Counted from the first letter of the stretch, positions 27,523-36,833 are shown. The stretch is 64,000 bases of DNA from Candidatus Latescibacterota bacterium (GCA_965219385.1 CBDCNM010000002.1:3978305-4042304); one strand, 5' to 3'. Made by a program: numbers and translations. Notes: generated by a model from the sequence alone, not told the origin.

Positions 27523-28203
27523 ATGATCATGCTGACTAAGCTTGCGCCCATACTTTCAGTAAATTTAACTATTGGAAAACGCCTTGGTATCCAGCGAAAA
27601 GCACGTTTTTTAACACCGAGTCTTTACTTCTTAATGGCATTTACTCCACTCATTATAGGAATTACGCAAGACACAAATTTTGGGCAAGGTTCTCTTATTG
27701 TTGCTTTCTCTTCTTACAATTTCGTTGTTGCGGGTCTACTTAGAGGGATTGGCAAGAAAAACATCCAGTTACATCAGATCAGGATATATCCTTTGCCAGA
27801 CAGATCGATTTTCCGCCTTCTTTGGGTCATCGAACTTTTAGACTACACCCTCTTAATGCTCATCGTTTCGGCTATAGGGGTTATTCTGATGTTATATCCA
27901 GACTTCTTCATGATTACGCTTTGTTTGGTCTGCTTGGGTTTGGGCTATGCTTTGATGACTCTACTCGTTTCGGAAGCCAAACTTCTAATTTCGTTTTTCC
28001 CACCGTCGATTTATGTCATTGTTCTGGGAATCGCGGCATTAAATATTGCCTGTTTTTGGCTGTGGGCGTTTGTGACTAAGGGGGATCCTAACATCTACGA
28101 ATTTGTGTCGAATTGGGGGCTTCGGGTTTTTGTTTTTTGGACTTTTTTGCTGATTTCTCTTTACAAGATAGGTATCTTTTTTGTCTCGAAAATATTCAAA
28201 TGA
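27523..28203 (+). CDS. Polytopic membrane protein (probable ABC-2-type permease or immunity subunit)
   Basis: About 6 hydrophobic segments, AT-rich codons, translationally coupled to the next gene (ATGA). Confidence 0.65.
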   Translation: MIMLTKLAPILSVNLTIGKRLGIQRKARFLTPSLYFLMAFTPLIIGITQDTNFGQGSLIVAFSSYNFVVAGLLRGIGKKNIQLHQIRIYPLPDRSIFRLLWVIELLDYTLLMLIVSAIGVILMLYPDFFMITLCLVCLGLGYALMTLLVSEAKLLISFFPPSIYVIVLGIAALNIACFWLWAFVTKGDPNIYEFVSNWGLRVFVFWTFLLISLYKIGIFFVSKIFK

Positions 28204-28871
28204 TCCACTTTAGCCTTCCTCGCATCATCCCTCTGTGTTTGAACGATATGCGTTTGAGATTACGCATACTAGGTGGTCGTTCTGCCTGGGTGATTCTTAT
28301 AGGTGCAGGGTATTATCTTCTATTGTTGTCCCTCAAACTTTCCTTTATAGCTCCTTTCTTGATTTTTCTGCTCATATTAGGGACAGGGTTTAGTTCTATA
28401 CTGATATATCCCAAGGATTTTAAATTTTATGTAATTTCCGGTGTCAATCTCAGGGACGTCTTTTTGGGCAAAAATCTTAGCTTATTTTTGTTAGGTACCT
28501 TTGGTGCAATAGCATGTGGGTTTGGTTTTCAATGGAAGCCTTCGATTACGATCCGGCATAGTATTTCAGTTTTAATGTATTTCTGTATGATCATATTCCC
28601 TTTTCTCATTACTTTTAATTATGTTGCCGTATTCCGGCGTTTCTTCCGCGCTGTTCTCCTTCAATATCTTGTATTTCTTGTTGTATTATGTCTCTCTTCT
28701 ATTCCATACCTGATCTGTTGGATACATTTTGAATCCTCTATACTGTGTTTGTTGATAATTCTCATAGAGTTCATCTTGTATTATTTCACACTATTGAGCC
28801 ACATCGCCCCACTTGCTCATCATAAGGCCACTGAAATTGTCGAGATCAGCAATGAAATGTATTCAACTTGA
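28200..28871 (+). CDS. Polytopic membrane protein (probable ABC-2-type permease or immunity subunit)
   Basis: About 6 hydrophobic segments. Overlaps the upstream stop and the downstream ABC ATPase. Confidence 0.65.
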   Translation: MIHFSLPRIIPLCLNDMRLRLRILGGRSAWVILIGAGYYLLLLSLKLSFIAPFLIFLLILGTGFSSILIYPKDFKFYVISGVNLRDVFLGKNLSLFLLGTFGAIACGFGFQWKPSITIRHSISVLMYFCMIIFPFLITFNYVAVFRRFFRAVLLQYLVFLVVLCLSSIPYLICWIHFESSILCLLIILIEFILYYFTLLSHIAPLAHHKATEIVEISNEMYST

Positions 28872-29634
28872 TAACTTGCACTTAGAATATCAACGGGGAA
28901 AAATAAAAGCTTTAGATGGTCTGAATCTGCAGGTAGATCACGGTAGCTTCTTGGGGCTTTTAGGTCAAAATGGAGCTGGCAAGACTACCTTAATCCATAT
29001 ACTCGCAGGGCTCATTGCACAAAACTGCGGACAGATTCGTTTATTCAACCAGGAGATCCGATCTGATTCGTTCGCTCATAGGCAGCGAATAGGGTTCGTA
29101 CTTGACCAACCTACTTATTTTGACAGATTAACCTGTAGGGAGTTCCTGAAATTTGCCGGAGTGATGTACGACGTTCCTAAACATGAGTTAGACAATAAGG
29201 TTGAGGAACTACTGCGATTTTTCGATCTTACGGATGCCGAAGATAGATGGATTCATACATATTCAAAGGGTATGAAACAGAAGGTATCCCTGGCCGCGGC
29301 CATTATTCACGAGCCTGATTTATTGATTTTAGACGAACCATTTGACGGCATCGACACAACATCAACGGAAGAGATCAAGCAGATTCTGTTGCGGATGAAT
29401 CAAAAAGGGGTGACGATTGTTCTTACCTCGCATATCCTGGAATGGATTGAATCTTTGTGTACGGAGTGTGCGATCCTTCATAAAGGACAGGTGGTATTCC
29501 ACAGCAGGATAGATCAGTTGGAGTTGCAGTTGAAGAGATTAAACGACAGCAAGACAAAAGCTTCTTTGAGAGATGTTTTTCTTCAGGTTACATCGGGTGA
29601 CCGTACCCACAAGTCATTATCCTGGCTGGATTGA
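28852..29634 (+). CDS. ABC transporter ATP-binding protein (ABC-2/CcmA-like)
   Basis: Walker A GQNGAGKTT, signature YSKGMKQK, Walker B LLILDEP, H-loop TSH. Confidence 0.93.
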   Translation: MKCIQLDNLHLEYQRGKIKALDGLNLQVDHGSFLGLLGQNGAGKTTLIHILAGLIAQNCGQIRLFNQEIRSDSFAHRQRIGFVLDQPTYFDRLTCREFLKFAGVMYDVPKHELDNKVEELLRFFDLTDAEDRWIHTYSKGMKQKVSLAAAIIHEPDLLILDEPFDGIDTTSTEEIKQILLRMNQKGVTIVLTSHILEWIESLCTECAILHKGQVVFHSRIDQLELQLKRLNDSKTKASLRDVFLQVTSGDRTHKSLSWLD

Positions 29635-29656
29635 AGTCAACCGGTAATACTATACT

Positions 29657-31405
29657 GTGAAAAAAGAGAAAAAAGAGCAGTATCGTTTCCTGGTACGTTT
29701 TTTTGCCTTTCTACAGCCCTATTGGCTCCGTGCCCTCGAGGCAGGGTTTTGTATGGTGTTTACGACCATTCTGGTTCTGCCGATGCCGCTGCTCTCCATT
29801 TACATAATCGATCAAGTCATTTCCAACAGGCAAGTGGAGGTGCTACACTTGGTGTGCGCGGCGTTGTCGCTGGCAACGGTACTAGGGCTTGGGTTGGGCT
29901 TCCTGCAGCGTTACCTGCTACTGGTGTTTGCGCGACGGGTGTTTTTCGATCTGGAGGTGCGGCTGTTCGAGAAGGTGCATGCGCTGCCGATCGCTTTTTT
30001 TAAAAAGCACGGATCGGGTTATATTGCAACGAGGGTCAGCGATGATGTCCGGCAGCTTGGGTCGCTAATGGCCGGGGCCTATATGGATGGCTTGAGCAGC
30101 TTGACGCTGCTGGCTGTGGGGCTAGGGATTATGTTCGCGATACACCCCGGGCTCTCTGCCGCCGTGCTGGTGGTGCTGCCAGGATTTGTGTGGGTAAACC
30201 TGCATTTCGGACGCAAGGTGCGGGAGCAGAGTGAGGAGGTGCAGGAGCGAAAGGGGATTGTAAACGCGTTGCGGTTGGAATCCCTGGATGCGGCGCACGT
30301 GGCGCGGGCGTTCGAGCGGGGGAGACTGGAAACGCGGCGTTTAGCCAAGGTTCTGCACACGGAGATAGATGTTGAGCTGAACCGGAATGTAACCATGGTG
30401 GGAGCCGGGGTGTTGCAGATACTCCTGTTCAGTGTGGGGGGCGTTTTTTTGCTATGGTACGGCGCGTACGAGATTATGGTGGGTGGTTTGACCCTTGGGC
30501 AGTTTGTGGCGTTCAATACACTGATGGCCTACGTCTACGGTCCCACGGGACAGCTTTCAGATCTGTACGTCAATTTCCAGCGTGGGATGGGAATTTTGAG
30601 GAGGGTACTGGACGTGCTTGACATGCCCGCCGAGGGTGGTCGGGGCATCGGAGCTCGACGCGTTCCCGCAGGCGAGCTTGCCTTTGAGGAGGTCCGGTTC
30701 GGGTACGTGCCCCACCGGCCGGTGTTGAACGGAGTGAATCTCACCCTAGAGCCCGGTCGGATCGCTGCGGTTGTGGGACCGACCGGGGCGGGGAAGACAA
30801 CACTGGTGAATCTGCTGCTTCGATTTTATGAGCCGCTTTCAGGGCGCATTCTGTTGGATGGAGAGGACCTTTCGACCTTCGGCGTGCAGGCACTGCGCAG
30901 GAGGGTCGCGCTGGTCGAGCAAGACCTCCGGCTATTTTCGGGGACGATTTGGGAGAATATTGCGTACGGCAAGCCGGGGGCGACGGAGGCAGAGGTAGAG
31001 GCTGCGGCTGAGGCGATGAATTGCATGGAGTTTGTGGAGCGGTTTCCGGCCGGACTGAAGGCGCGTATCGGATCGGGTGGCGTGCAGCTTTCCGGGGGGC
31101 AGAAGCAGCGGGTGGCTCTGGCGCGGGCGGTGGTCCGCGATCCGAAAGTCTTGGTGCTGGACGAGGCGACATCCTCCCTGGATGCTCGCTCAGAAGGCTT
31201 GGTCCAAGAGGCGTTGAAGCGGGCATCGGAGGGGCGCATGACCCTGGTGATTGCCCACCGGATTTCCACAGTGTCCATTGCAGACAAAATTTTTGTCCTG
31301 GCCAGCGGGCGGATTGTGGAAGAGGGGACATTAGAGGAACTTCTCGAGCGGGACGGTCATTTTAATGAATATTACCAGAAGGATCTGGTGATAGTGGCGG
31401 TATGA
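29657..31405 (+). CDS. ABC exporter, fused TMD-NBD, with no N-terminal C39 peptidase domain
   Basis: The TMD begins at the N-terminus. GPTGAGKT, LSGGQKQR, VLVLDEATSSLD, IAHR. 582 aa. Confidence 0.93.
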   Translation: MKKEKKEQYRFLVRFFAFLQPYWLRALEAGFCMVFTTILVLPMPLLSIYIIDQVISNRQVEVLHLVCAALSLATVLGLGLGFLQRYLLLVFARRVFFDLEVRLFEKVHALPIAFFKKHGSGYIATRVSDDVRQLGSLMAGAYMDGLSSLTLLAVGLGIMFAIHPGLSAAVLVVLPGFVWVNLHFGRKVREQSEEVQERKGIVNALRLESLDAAHVARAFERGRLETRRLAKVLHTEIDVELNRNVTMVGAGVLQILLFSVGGVFLLWYGAYEIMVGGLTLGQFVAFNTLMAYVYGPTGQLSDLYVNFQRGMGILRRVLDVLDMPAEGGRGIGARRVPAGELAFEEVRFGYVPHRPVLNGVNLTLEPGRIAAVVGPTGAGKTTLVNLLLRFYEPLSGRILLDGEDLSTFGVQALRRRVALVEQDLRLFSGTIWENIAYGKPGATEAEVEAAAEAMNCMEFVERFPAGLKARIGSGGVQLSGGQKQRVALARAVVRDPKVLVLDEATSSLDARSEGLVQEALKRASEGRMTLVIAHRISTVSIADKIFVLASGRIVEEGTLEELLERDGHFNEYYQKDLVIVAV

Positions 31406-31881
31406 GAATACCTCGGAATATCGAATGGCGGGCCGGCATAATTTTGGTCGGCGTATCAGCGTTTTTCTTGGGCCTGTTGATCGTTCTGGCACTTGCGGAT
31501 ATGGACGTGGGAATGGAGGTGGAGGGGGTGATGGGCAGGACACAGGCAGGATGGACGCTGGCTGTAGAGGTTCCCGGAGAGCGGCTGCGTTTGCTGCGAA
31601 CTTGCAGGTATGTGCGCATCGGATCCGGGAAAGGAAGGGTATGGTACGGTAAAATCTCCAGGATTGAAGGGCACTTGGTGGAAGACAGCCCGTTGGTACT
31701 GGCGGAGATCGAGATCCAGGCCGTGGATGCGACCGGCGTACAGGTCGATTCCTCTCAGATTGTGCGGGCTAATCTTCTTGAAGAGGTGAAAGCGCCAGTA
31801 TTGAGGGTGTTGTTCGACAGCATTTTCAGGCTCAATCTGGATTCTTCAACGCCGAAACGTGAGTACATGACAAGGCCATAG
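31402..31881 (+). CDS. Small membrane-anchored accessory protein (possible reduced HlyD-like adaptor)
   Basis: One N-terminal TM segment, then beta-rich sequence (YGKISRI). Coupled to the ABC exporter by an ATGA overlap. Confidence 0.55.
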   Translation: MRIPRNIEWRAGIILVGVSAFFLGLLIVLALADMDVGMEVEGVMGRTQAGWTLAVEVPGERLRLLRTCRYVRIGSGKGRVWYGKISRIEGHLVEDSPLVLAEIEIQAVDATGVQVDSSQIVRANLLEEVKAPVLRVLFDSIFRLNLDSSTPKREYMTRP

Positions 31882-31956
31882 GTCGTTCCCTATGCTTGGT
31901 GTATCCCCAACAAGCACTCCCCAAAGAGGGAACAGGGACAACGGCCTATTACCACT

Positions 31957-33003
31957 ATGAAGATAGTCTCCAAGCTGTTGAAATTCAAGGGCTTCCGTGC
32001 TGTTGGCTTGTGGTTCGAAGGACCGGGAGGTGGCGACATCGTGGTCGCCGTCAAGCCGCACAAGACCGGCTGTCGCTGTCCGCTGCGCGGCCGCCGGGGC
32101 CCGATCGTGCATACCCTGCAACCCCGGCGCTGGCGTGACGTGCGCGTCTGTGGCCGGACCGTCTGGCTGCAGCACAGTCCCCGAGAGATCCGCTGCCCCA
32201 CCCATGGACGCCGCGTCGAAGATCCCCCATGGGCCGAACCGACGGCTCGCACCTCGTACCCCTTCGAGTATCTGCTGGTGCGCTCCTGTCAGGCCATGCC
32301 CCAAGTCACCGCGGCGCGCTTGTTGGGCATGGCTTCCTCGACTTTGTCTGACCTCCTGCACCGCCTCATCGGCCGAGTTCGCCCAAACCACAAGATACGC
32401 GGACTCCGAACCCTCGGCATCGACGAGATTTCCTACGTCCGAGGTCATAAATACGCCACCGTGGTCTATGATCTGGAACGCTCCTGCGTGGTCTGGGTCA
32501 GTCGCCGCAAGGCGCGCCAAACCATTGACCAACTCTTCGGGACTCTCAGCGACTACCAGCAGGCCCGCATCCGCTGGGCCTGCTGCGACCTGAGTGAGGC
32601 TTTCATGGGGGCCGTTCAACAGCACCGCCCCCATGCCCGGCTGGTGCTGGACCGGTTTCACGTCGTCAAGGCCATCAACGAGGCGGTCGATGAGGTCCGC
32701 AAGCAACAGTGGCGTGAGGGCTCGCCCCAGGATCGGGCCTCCTTGAAGGGGCTGCGCTGGCTCCTGTATCGCCACTCCTCCAGCCGTTCACGCCAGAACA
32801 CCGCCACCCTCAAAGCGCTGGAGAAAGGCAACCGGTGCATCTACCGAGCTTGGCGGCTCAAAGAAGACGAGTTCGAGCCGTTCTGGGAGTACCAAGCCCG
32901 GTGGGCGGCCGAGCGCTTCCTCAAGTGCTGGACGACGACGGCGCTCAAGAGCCGGTTGGAGCCCTTGCACAGGTACGTGGGCACGGTGCGCAAACACGCC
33001 GAC
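31957..33003 (+). mobile_element. ISL3-family transposase, 3'-truncated
   Basis: RRWRD, LGIDEISYVRGHKYATVVYDL, CDLS..F, LVLDRFHVVKAINEAVDEVRK, YRAWRLKE. The C-terminal catalytic Glu region is missing. Confidence 0.85.
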
Positions 33004-33230
33004 TGGTGTGCCTCCTGCGATACGATCCACCCCGCGCCCTTTCCTGCCACCATGTCCCGAGGTGGTCTGGTTGGGCCTCGATTGACCGGCTTAATCGGCT
33101 CTCTGAAAGGGGGCGGCCATCTATCCTATACGACGTTGCAAGCCCTGCTCGACCAAGGGCTGGGGGCGTTCCTTTCAACGGGGCTTTGGGCCAAAGTCGT
33201 CCATAAGGCCAGCCAAGCCCTGGCACCGAA
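33004..33230 (+). pseudogene. IS66-family transposase (TnpC) internal fragment fused in frame to the ISL3 remnant
   Basis: WCASC...GPRLTGLIGSL...HLSYTTLQALL...G.FLSTG resembles the IS66 zinc-finger/core junction. Confidence 0.65.
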
Positions 33231-33285
33231 CCATACTACTTTGGTGTGTTACCATGTACGGAAAAGTCGGAGTTGAGTCGGATTG

Positions 33286-33822
33286 ATGCGAAACCACCCC
33301 AAAGTTATTGCTCTGGTAGTGTTGTTGGCCCTCGTTGCGGGTACGGCCGGAGGCCTACTGTGGATTCACAGCAATTATAAGATTGAGAGCGTCGTACAGA
33401 TAGGTCAACCTCTGCCTACTTTAAGCTTTGCTGACCTCGACGGACAGGCTGTCGACTTTAACCACTTTCTCGGCCAGAAACTGCTGGTGGTGTTTGTAGA
33501 ACTCGAATGTGGCTTTTGCCAGGAGCAATTCGAAGTCCTGGAAGCCATCTACGGACAGGCAGAAGGTAGATTGGTTATAGTGGTTGTTGCGACATATGAC
33601 TCTTTTCTGTCATTTGATTCACTCCCAGAGAACTTCTCTCCTTTTCAGCTTTGGATTGATTCACAACGTCAGCTGCGGAGGAAACTCGGGGTTGTTGGTG
33701 TGCCGACTCTTTTTCTACTAGACGAGTATGGTATCTTGCAGTATAAGAAAGTAGGATATCAGGCTCTGGACGAAGTACAGAAAGTCATTGCTAGTATGGA
33801 AGGACACCTACCGATTCAATAA
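33286..33822 (+). CDS. Membrane-anchored TlpA/ResA-like thiol-disulfide oxidoreductase
   Basis: N-terminal TM segment, IGQPLP.LSFADLDG, CGFC (CxxC), GVPTLFLLD..G. Confidence 0.85.
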   Translation: MRNHPKVIALVVLLALVAGTAGGLLWIHSNYKIESVVQIGQPLPTLSFADLDGQAVDFNHFLGQKLLVVFVELECGFCQEQFEVLEAIYGQAEGRLVIVVVATYDSFLSFDSLPENFSPFQLWIDSQRQLRRKLGVVGVPTLFLLDEYGILQYKKVGYQALDEVQKVIASMEGHLPIQ

Positions 33823-33861
33823 GGTCCTCATGGAGCACAAAAACCTCCCTCCCTCACACCA

Positions 33862-34575
33862 ATGATCGCTCTTTCAAGCCTACGGCGTTTGACCTGGATG
33901 ATCTGGTCGCCCTCGCGGACCTTCGCTGAGATCTCCGAAAACCCAACATGGCTAGGCGTATACCTAGCGATTAGTCTTGGATCGGCCTTCGTTGCCTGGC
34001 TAAGTGCTCCTGTTTTTCAAAAAATATCCCTCTTGGCTTTGCCCGAGGCACTTTCCGACAGTCAGATAGAGCGCATTTCATGGATCAATCAGATAGTTCG
34101 GTATGCTTCTACAGCTACTGCTTTTCTGGTAACACTCCTTTCCTGGTTTGTTTCTTCGTTTCTGCTCTGGTTGATTGTTCAGATCTTTGAAGGACTGGCA
34201 AGCTTCAAGGCAATCTTTTCGGTAGTTGCACATTCAAGTGTGGTCACTTTGATTTCCGGCGCGACAGTGATAACTGTTCTTCTGATTGAAGTTCAAGACA
34301 ATGAAATTGAAGCGCAGGACTTGGAGATTAGAATGGGTCTTGACCTGTTCCTGGATGAGCAAGCGCATCCTGCGTTGATGGTCGTCTTGGCGAATCTCAA
34401 TCCATTCAATCTGTGGTACTACGGCCTCTTGTCCCTGGGTATTAGAACTATCTGTAAGTTCAATTGGTTGCGCTCTGTAGGTGTGGTCGTTCTTTTCTGG
34501 GTGCTCTGTATGGCGTTTGGGGCCGGGATCGCCTGGGTCCTGAGTGCCCTCAGTCCTCCAACACCTCAACCTTGA
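33862..34575 (+). CDS. YIP1-family membrane protein
   Basis: SPSRTFAEI...PTW motif, about 5 TM segments, LNPFNLW. Confidence 0.82.
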   Translation: MIALSSLRRLTWMIWSPSRTFAEISENPTWLGVYLAISLGSAFVAWLSAPVFQKISLLALPEALSDSQIERISWINQIVRYASTATAFLVTLLSWFVSSFLLWLIVQIFEGLASFKAIFSVVAHSSVVTLISGATVITVLLIEVQDNEIEAQDLEIRMGLDLFLDEQAHPALMVVLANLNPFNLWYYGLLSLGIRTICKFNWLRSVGVVVLFWVLCMAFGAGIAWVLSALSPPTPQP

Positions 34576-34587
34576 TAAGAGACTCCT

Positions 34588-36561
34588 ATGCTACAAGAAG
34601 AGCTTACAAACAAAGTTGCGTTCTCGGAGCTCAAGGGCCGGGGCGTCAAGGTCGCGGTTGTCGATAGCGGCATCGATTCGACACACCCGAAGATCAAGCT
34701 CCTTGCCGGTGGTGTCGACCTCTCCATAGGTCCGGATGGCCAGGTCGTGTCCACGACCGACTGTGCGGACCGGGCCGGCCATGGCACGGCCTGTGCCGGC
34801 ATCATCCTGAGAAAAGCCCCGGAGGTTGCGCTCTACAGCATTCGAATCTTCGATGAGTCGTTGGGGACAGACGGACGAACCCTGGTGGCCGCTCTTCGGT
34901 GGGCTATAGAGCACGAAATGGACGTGGTCAACCTGAGCCTGGGAACCACCGACGTGGCCTTTCGGGATGACCTGACCGCCGTGTGTCGCCAGGCGCACGA
35001 GGCCGGGACCATTCTGGTGGCGGCAGAGCACAACGAAGGATTGGAGAGCTACCCGGCCGTGCTGCCCCAGGTAATCGGCGTTACCGCAGGTAAGGTATAT
35101 GGACGCTATGGCTATTTTTTCCGGGCTGGAGAAACCATCGAATGCGTCGCCCGGGGGGATGCGCAGCGGCTCTGCTGGCTTGAACCACGGGAGGTCATGG
35201 CTGGCGGCACGAGCTTTGCAGCGCCGCATATTAGCGGAATAGTGGCCTTGATCAAGGAGGCTTGTCCCCAGGCAAGCTTGGGGGAGGTGTGCGAGATCCT
35301 GCAGGCGAACGCCACCGACGGTCAGCCCGAGCTCGTGCGGGGCGCGGACTACTTCACGCCTCCGGCATCGAGAAAAGCGCCTCCCAGCCCGCCCACGGCT
35401 TTTGCTACCGCTGAAGGAGCCAGGCCCTACGACTGGATTGGCAAAGCCGCTCTCTATCCTTACAACAAGGAGATGCATGGGTTTGTTCGCTACCTCGAAG
35501 GGCTCGCGTTCGAGATCGTCGGCATTGCCGATCCTGTGGGCAAGGGGCTGGTGGGCAAGGACGCCGGCGAGGCGATCGGCCTTCCTCCTGCGGGAATTCG
35601 CATCGCTCCTCGTCTTGTCGCGGCCCTCGAAGGGGCGGATACCCTGATTCTGGGTTACGTCGATGAACTGGCTCGCATCGCCAAACGCGATGTACTCCGC
35701 GAATCGATCCAGACCGCGCTGGACAAGGGACTCCATGTCTTCAGCTTCCTGCCGGTTCCACCTACCACGTATGGCGACCTGTACGCCAAGGCCCGCGACA
35801 AGAAACTCAAGATTGCCTACCCCGACATTGCGGTGGGGGAAGTGCAGCGCCTGCTGCAAAAGCCGCCCAATCACGGCGCAGTGGATGTTCCCGTGGTCGG
35901 CGTGTTCGGCACCAGTTCGCAACAGGGGAAATTCACGGTCCAGCTCGCTCTGAGAAAGAAACTGCTTGAGATGGGCTACAAGGTCGGGCAGATCGGCACC
36001 GAACACCAGTCAGAGCTTTTCGGTATGGACTTGGCCTTTCCCATGGGCTACGCCTCACCTTTGGTCCTGCCCGTGCAAGCCTATGTACCCTACCTGGACA
36101 TCAAAATGCGGGAAATATGCCGGCGGAAGCAGCCGGACATCCTCCTCGTCGGCTCCCAGTCAGGGACCATACCGTACGACATCGAGGAGCATGGCACCCA
36201 CGCTTTGCCTACCATCGCCTTCTTGCTGGGAACGAAACCCGATGTCTGCATTCTGGTGGTCAACAGCATTGATTCGGACGAGTACATCCAGGACACCATG
36301 AATGCCATTCGCGCCCTGGGAAAGGCGCCCACGATCCTTTTGGCGATGAGCGACAAGGAGAAGCACATCCGGGCCGCCTACGGGCGGAACTGGGTGACGC
36401 CGCGTCAGCTGTCGCGGGAGGAGATCAACGAGAAACTGCGCTACCTGGAGGACAAATTCGATTTGCCGGCTGTGGAGATCGCCTCGGAGGAAGGCCAGCA
36501 GAGGATAATGGAGACGGTGATTCAACACTTTGCGGCAGGGGGCCGGCAGGAGAAGGCATGA
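34588..36561 (+). CDS. S8 (subtilisin-like) peptidase fused to a DUF1611-like Rossmann + P-loop module
   Basis: Triad motifs VAVVDSG, GHGTACAG and GTSFAAP. C-terminal PVVGVFGTSSQQGKFT...GYKVGQIGTE...DILLVGSQSG...GTKPDVCIL. No signal peptide. Confidence 0.85.
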   Translation: MLQEELTNKVAFSELKGRGVKVAVVDSGIDSTHPKIKLLAGGVDLSIGPDGQVVSTTDCADRAGHGTACAGIILRKAPEVALYSIRIFDESLGTDGRTLVAALRWAIEHEMDVVNLSLGTTDVAFRDDLTAVCRQAHEAGTILVAAEHNEGLESYPAVLPQVIGVTAGKVYGRYGYFFRAGETIECVARGDAQRLCWLEPREVMAGGTSFAAPHISGIVALIKEACPQASLGEVCEILQANATDGQPELVRGADYFTPPASRKAPPSPPTAFATAEGARPYDWIGKAALYPYNKEMHGFVRYLEGLAFEIVGIADPVGKGLVGKDAGEAIGLPPAGIRIAPRLVAALEGADTLILGYVDELARIAKRDVLRESIQTALDKGLHVFSFLPVPPTTYGDLYAKARDKKLKIAYPDIAVGEVQRLLQKPPNHGAVDVPVVGVFGTSSQQGKFTVQLALRKKLLEMGYKVGQIGTEHQSELFGMDLAFPMGYASPLVLPVQAYVPYLDIKMREICRRKQPDILLVGSQSGTIPYDIEEHGTHALPTIAFLLGTKPDVCILVVNSIDSDEYIQDTMNAIRALGKAPTILLAMSDKEKHIRAAYGRNWVTPRQLSREEINEKLRYLEDKFDLPAVEIASEEGQQRIMETVIQHFAAGGRQEKA

Positions 36562-36833
36562 CCGATCGCGATGAGATACACCTGCGCGTAAAGCAGGTCC
36601 TTGTCAGCACACTGCAGATCGATGTAGATCCCGAGGACCTGCCGGATGACGAAGTGCTTTTCGGCGAGGGTCTGGGCGCATCCTCCATTGCCACGCTCGA
36701 AGTAGTCGCTGCCCTGGAGGAGGAATTCGGGTTCGGAGTGAATGATGATGATCTGCGCGTTGAACTATTTGAATCGGTCAACTCTCTGGTCGAGTATGTG
36801 GAGAGCAAGCTGGCAAAACCCGCGGAAGTTTGA
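36558..36833 (+). CDS. Acyl carrier protein (atypical LGASSI motif)
   Basis: 91 aa, acidic. LFGEGLGASSIATLEVVAALEEEFGFGVNDDD...FESVNSLVEYV follows the ACP helix pattern. Coupled to the S8 fusion. Confidence 0.85.
   Translation: MTDRDEIHLRVKQVLVSTLQIDVDPEDLPDDEVLFGEGLGASSIATLEVVAALEEEFGFGVNDDDLRVELFESVNSLVEYVESKLAKPAEV

Noticed and set aside
33830..33865. Upstream ATG of the first YIP1 gene, out of frame by one base in an A5 run
   Set aside because: This could be a frameshift or sequencing error, but an in-frame ATG at 33862 gives a complete YIP1 domain, so a pseudogene call is not justified.
34588..36833. PKS/NRPS or canonical clostridial radical-SAM (Cys-rich peptide) cluster
   Set aside because: No ketosynthase, adenylation or condensation domain and no CxxxCxxC radical SAM gene were recognised in the window. 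The precursor has only two Cys.
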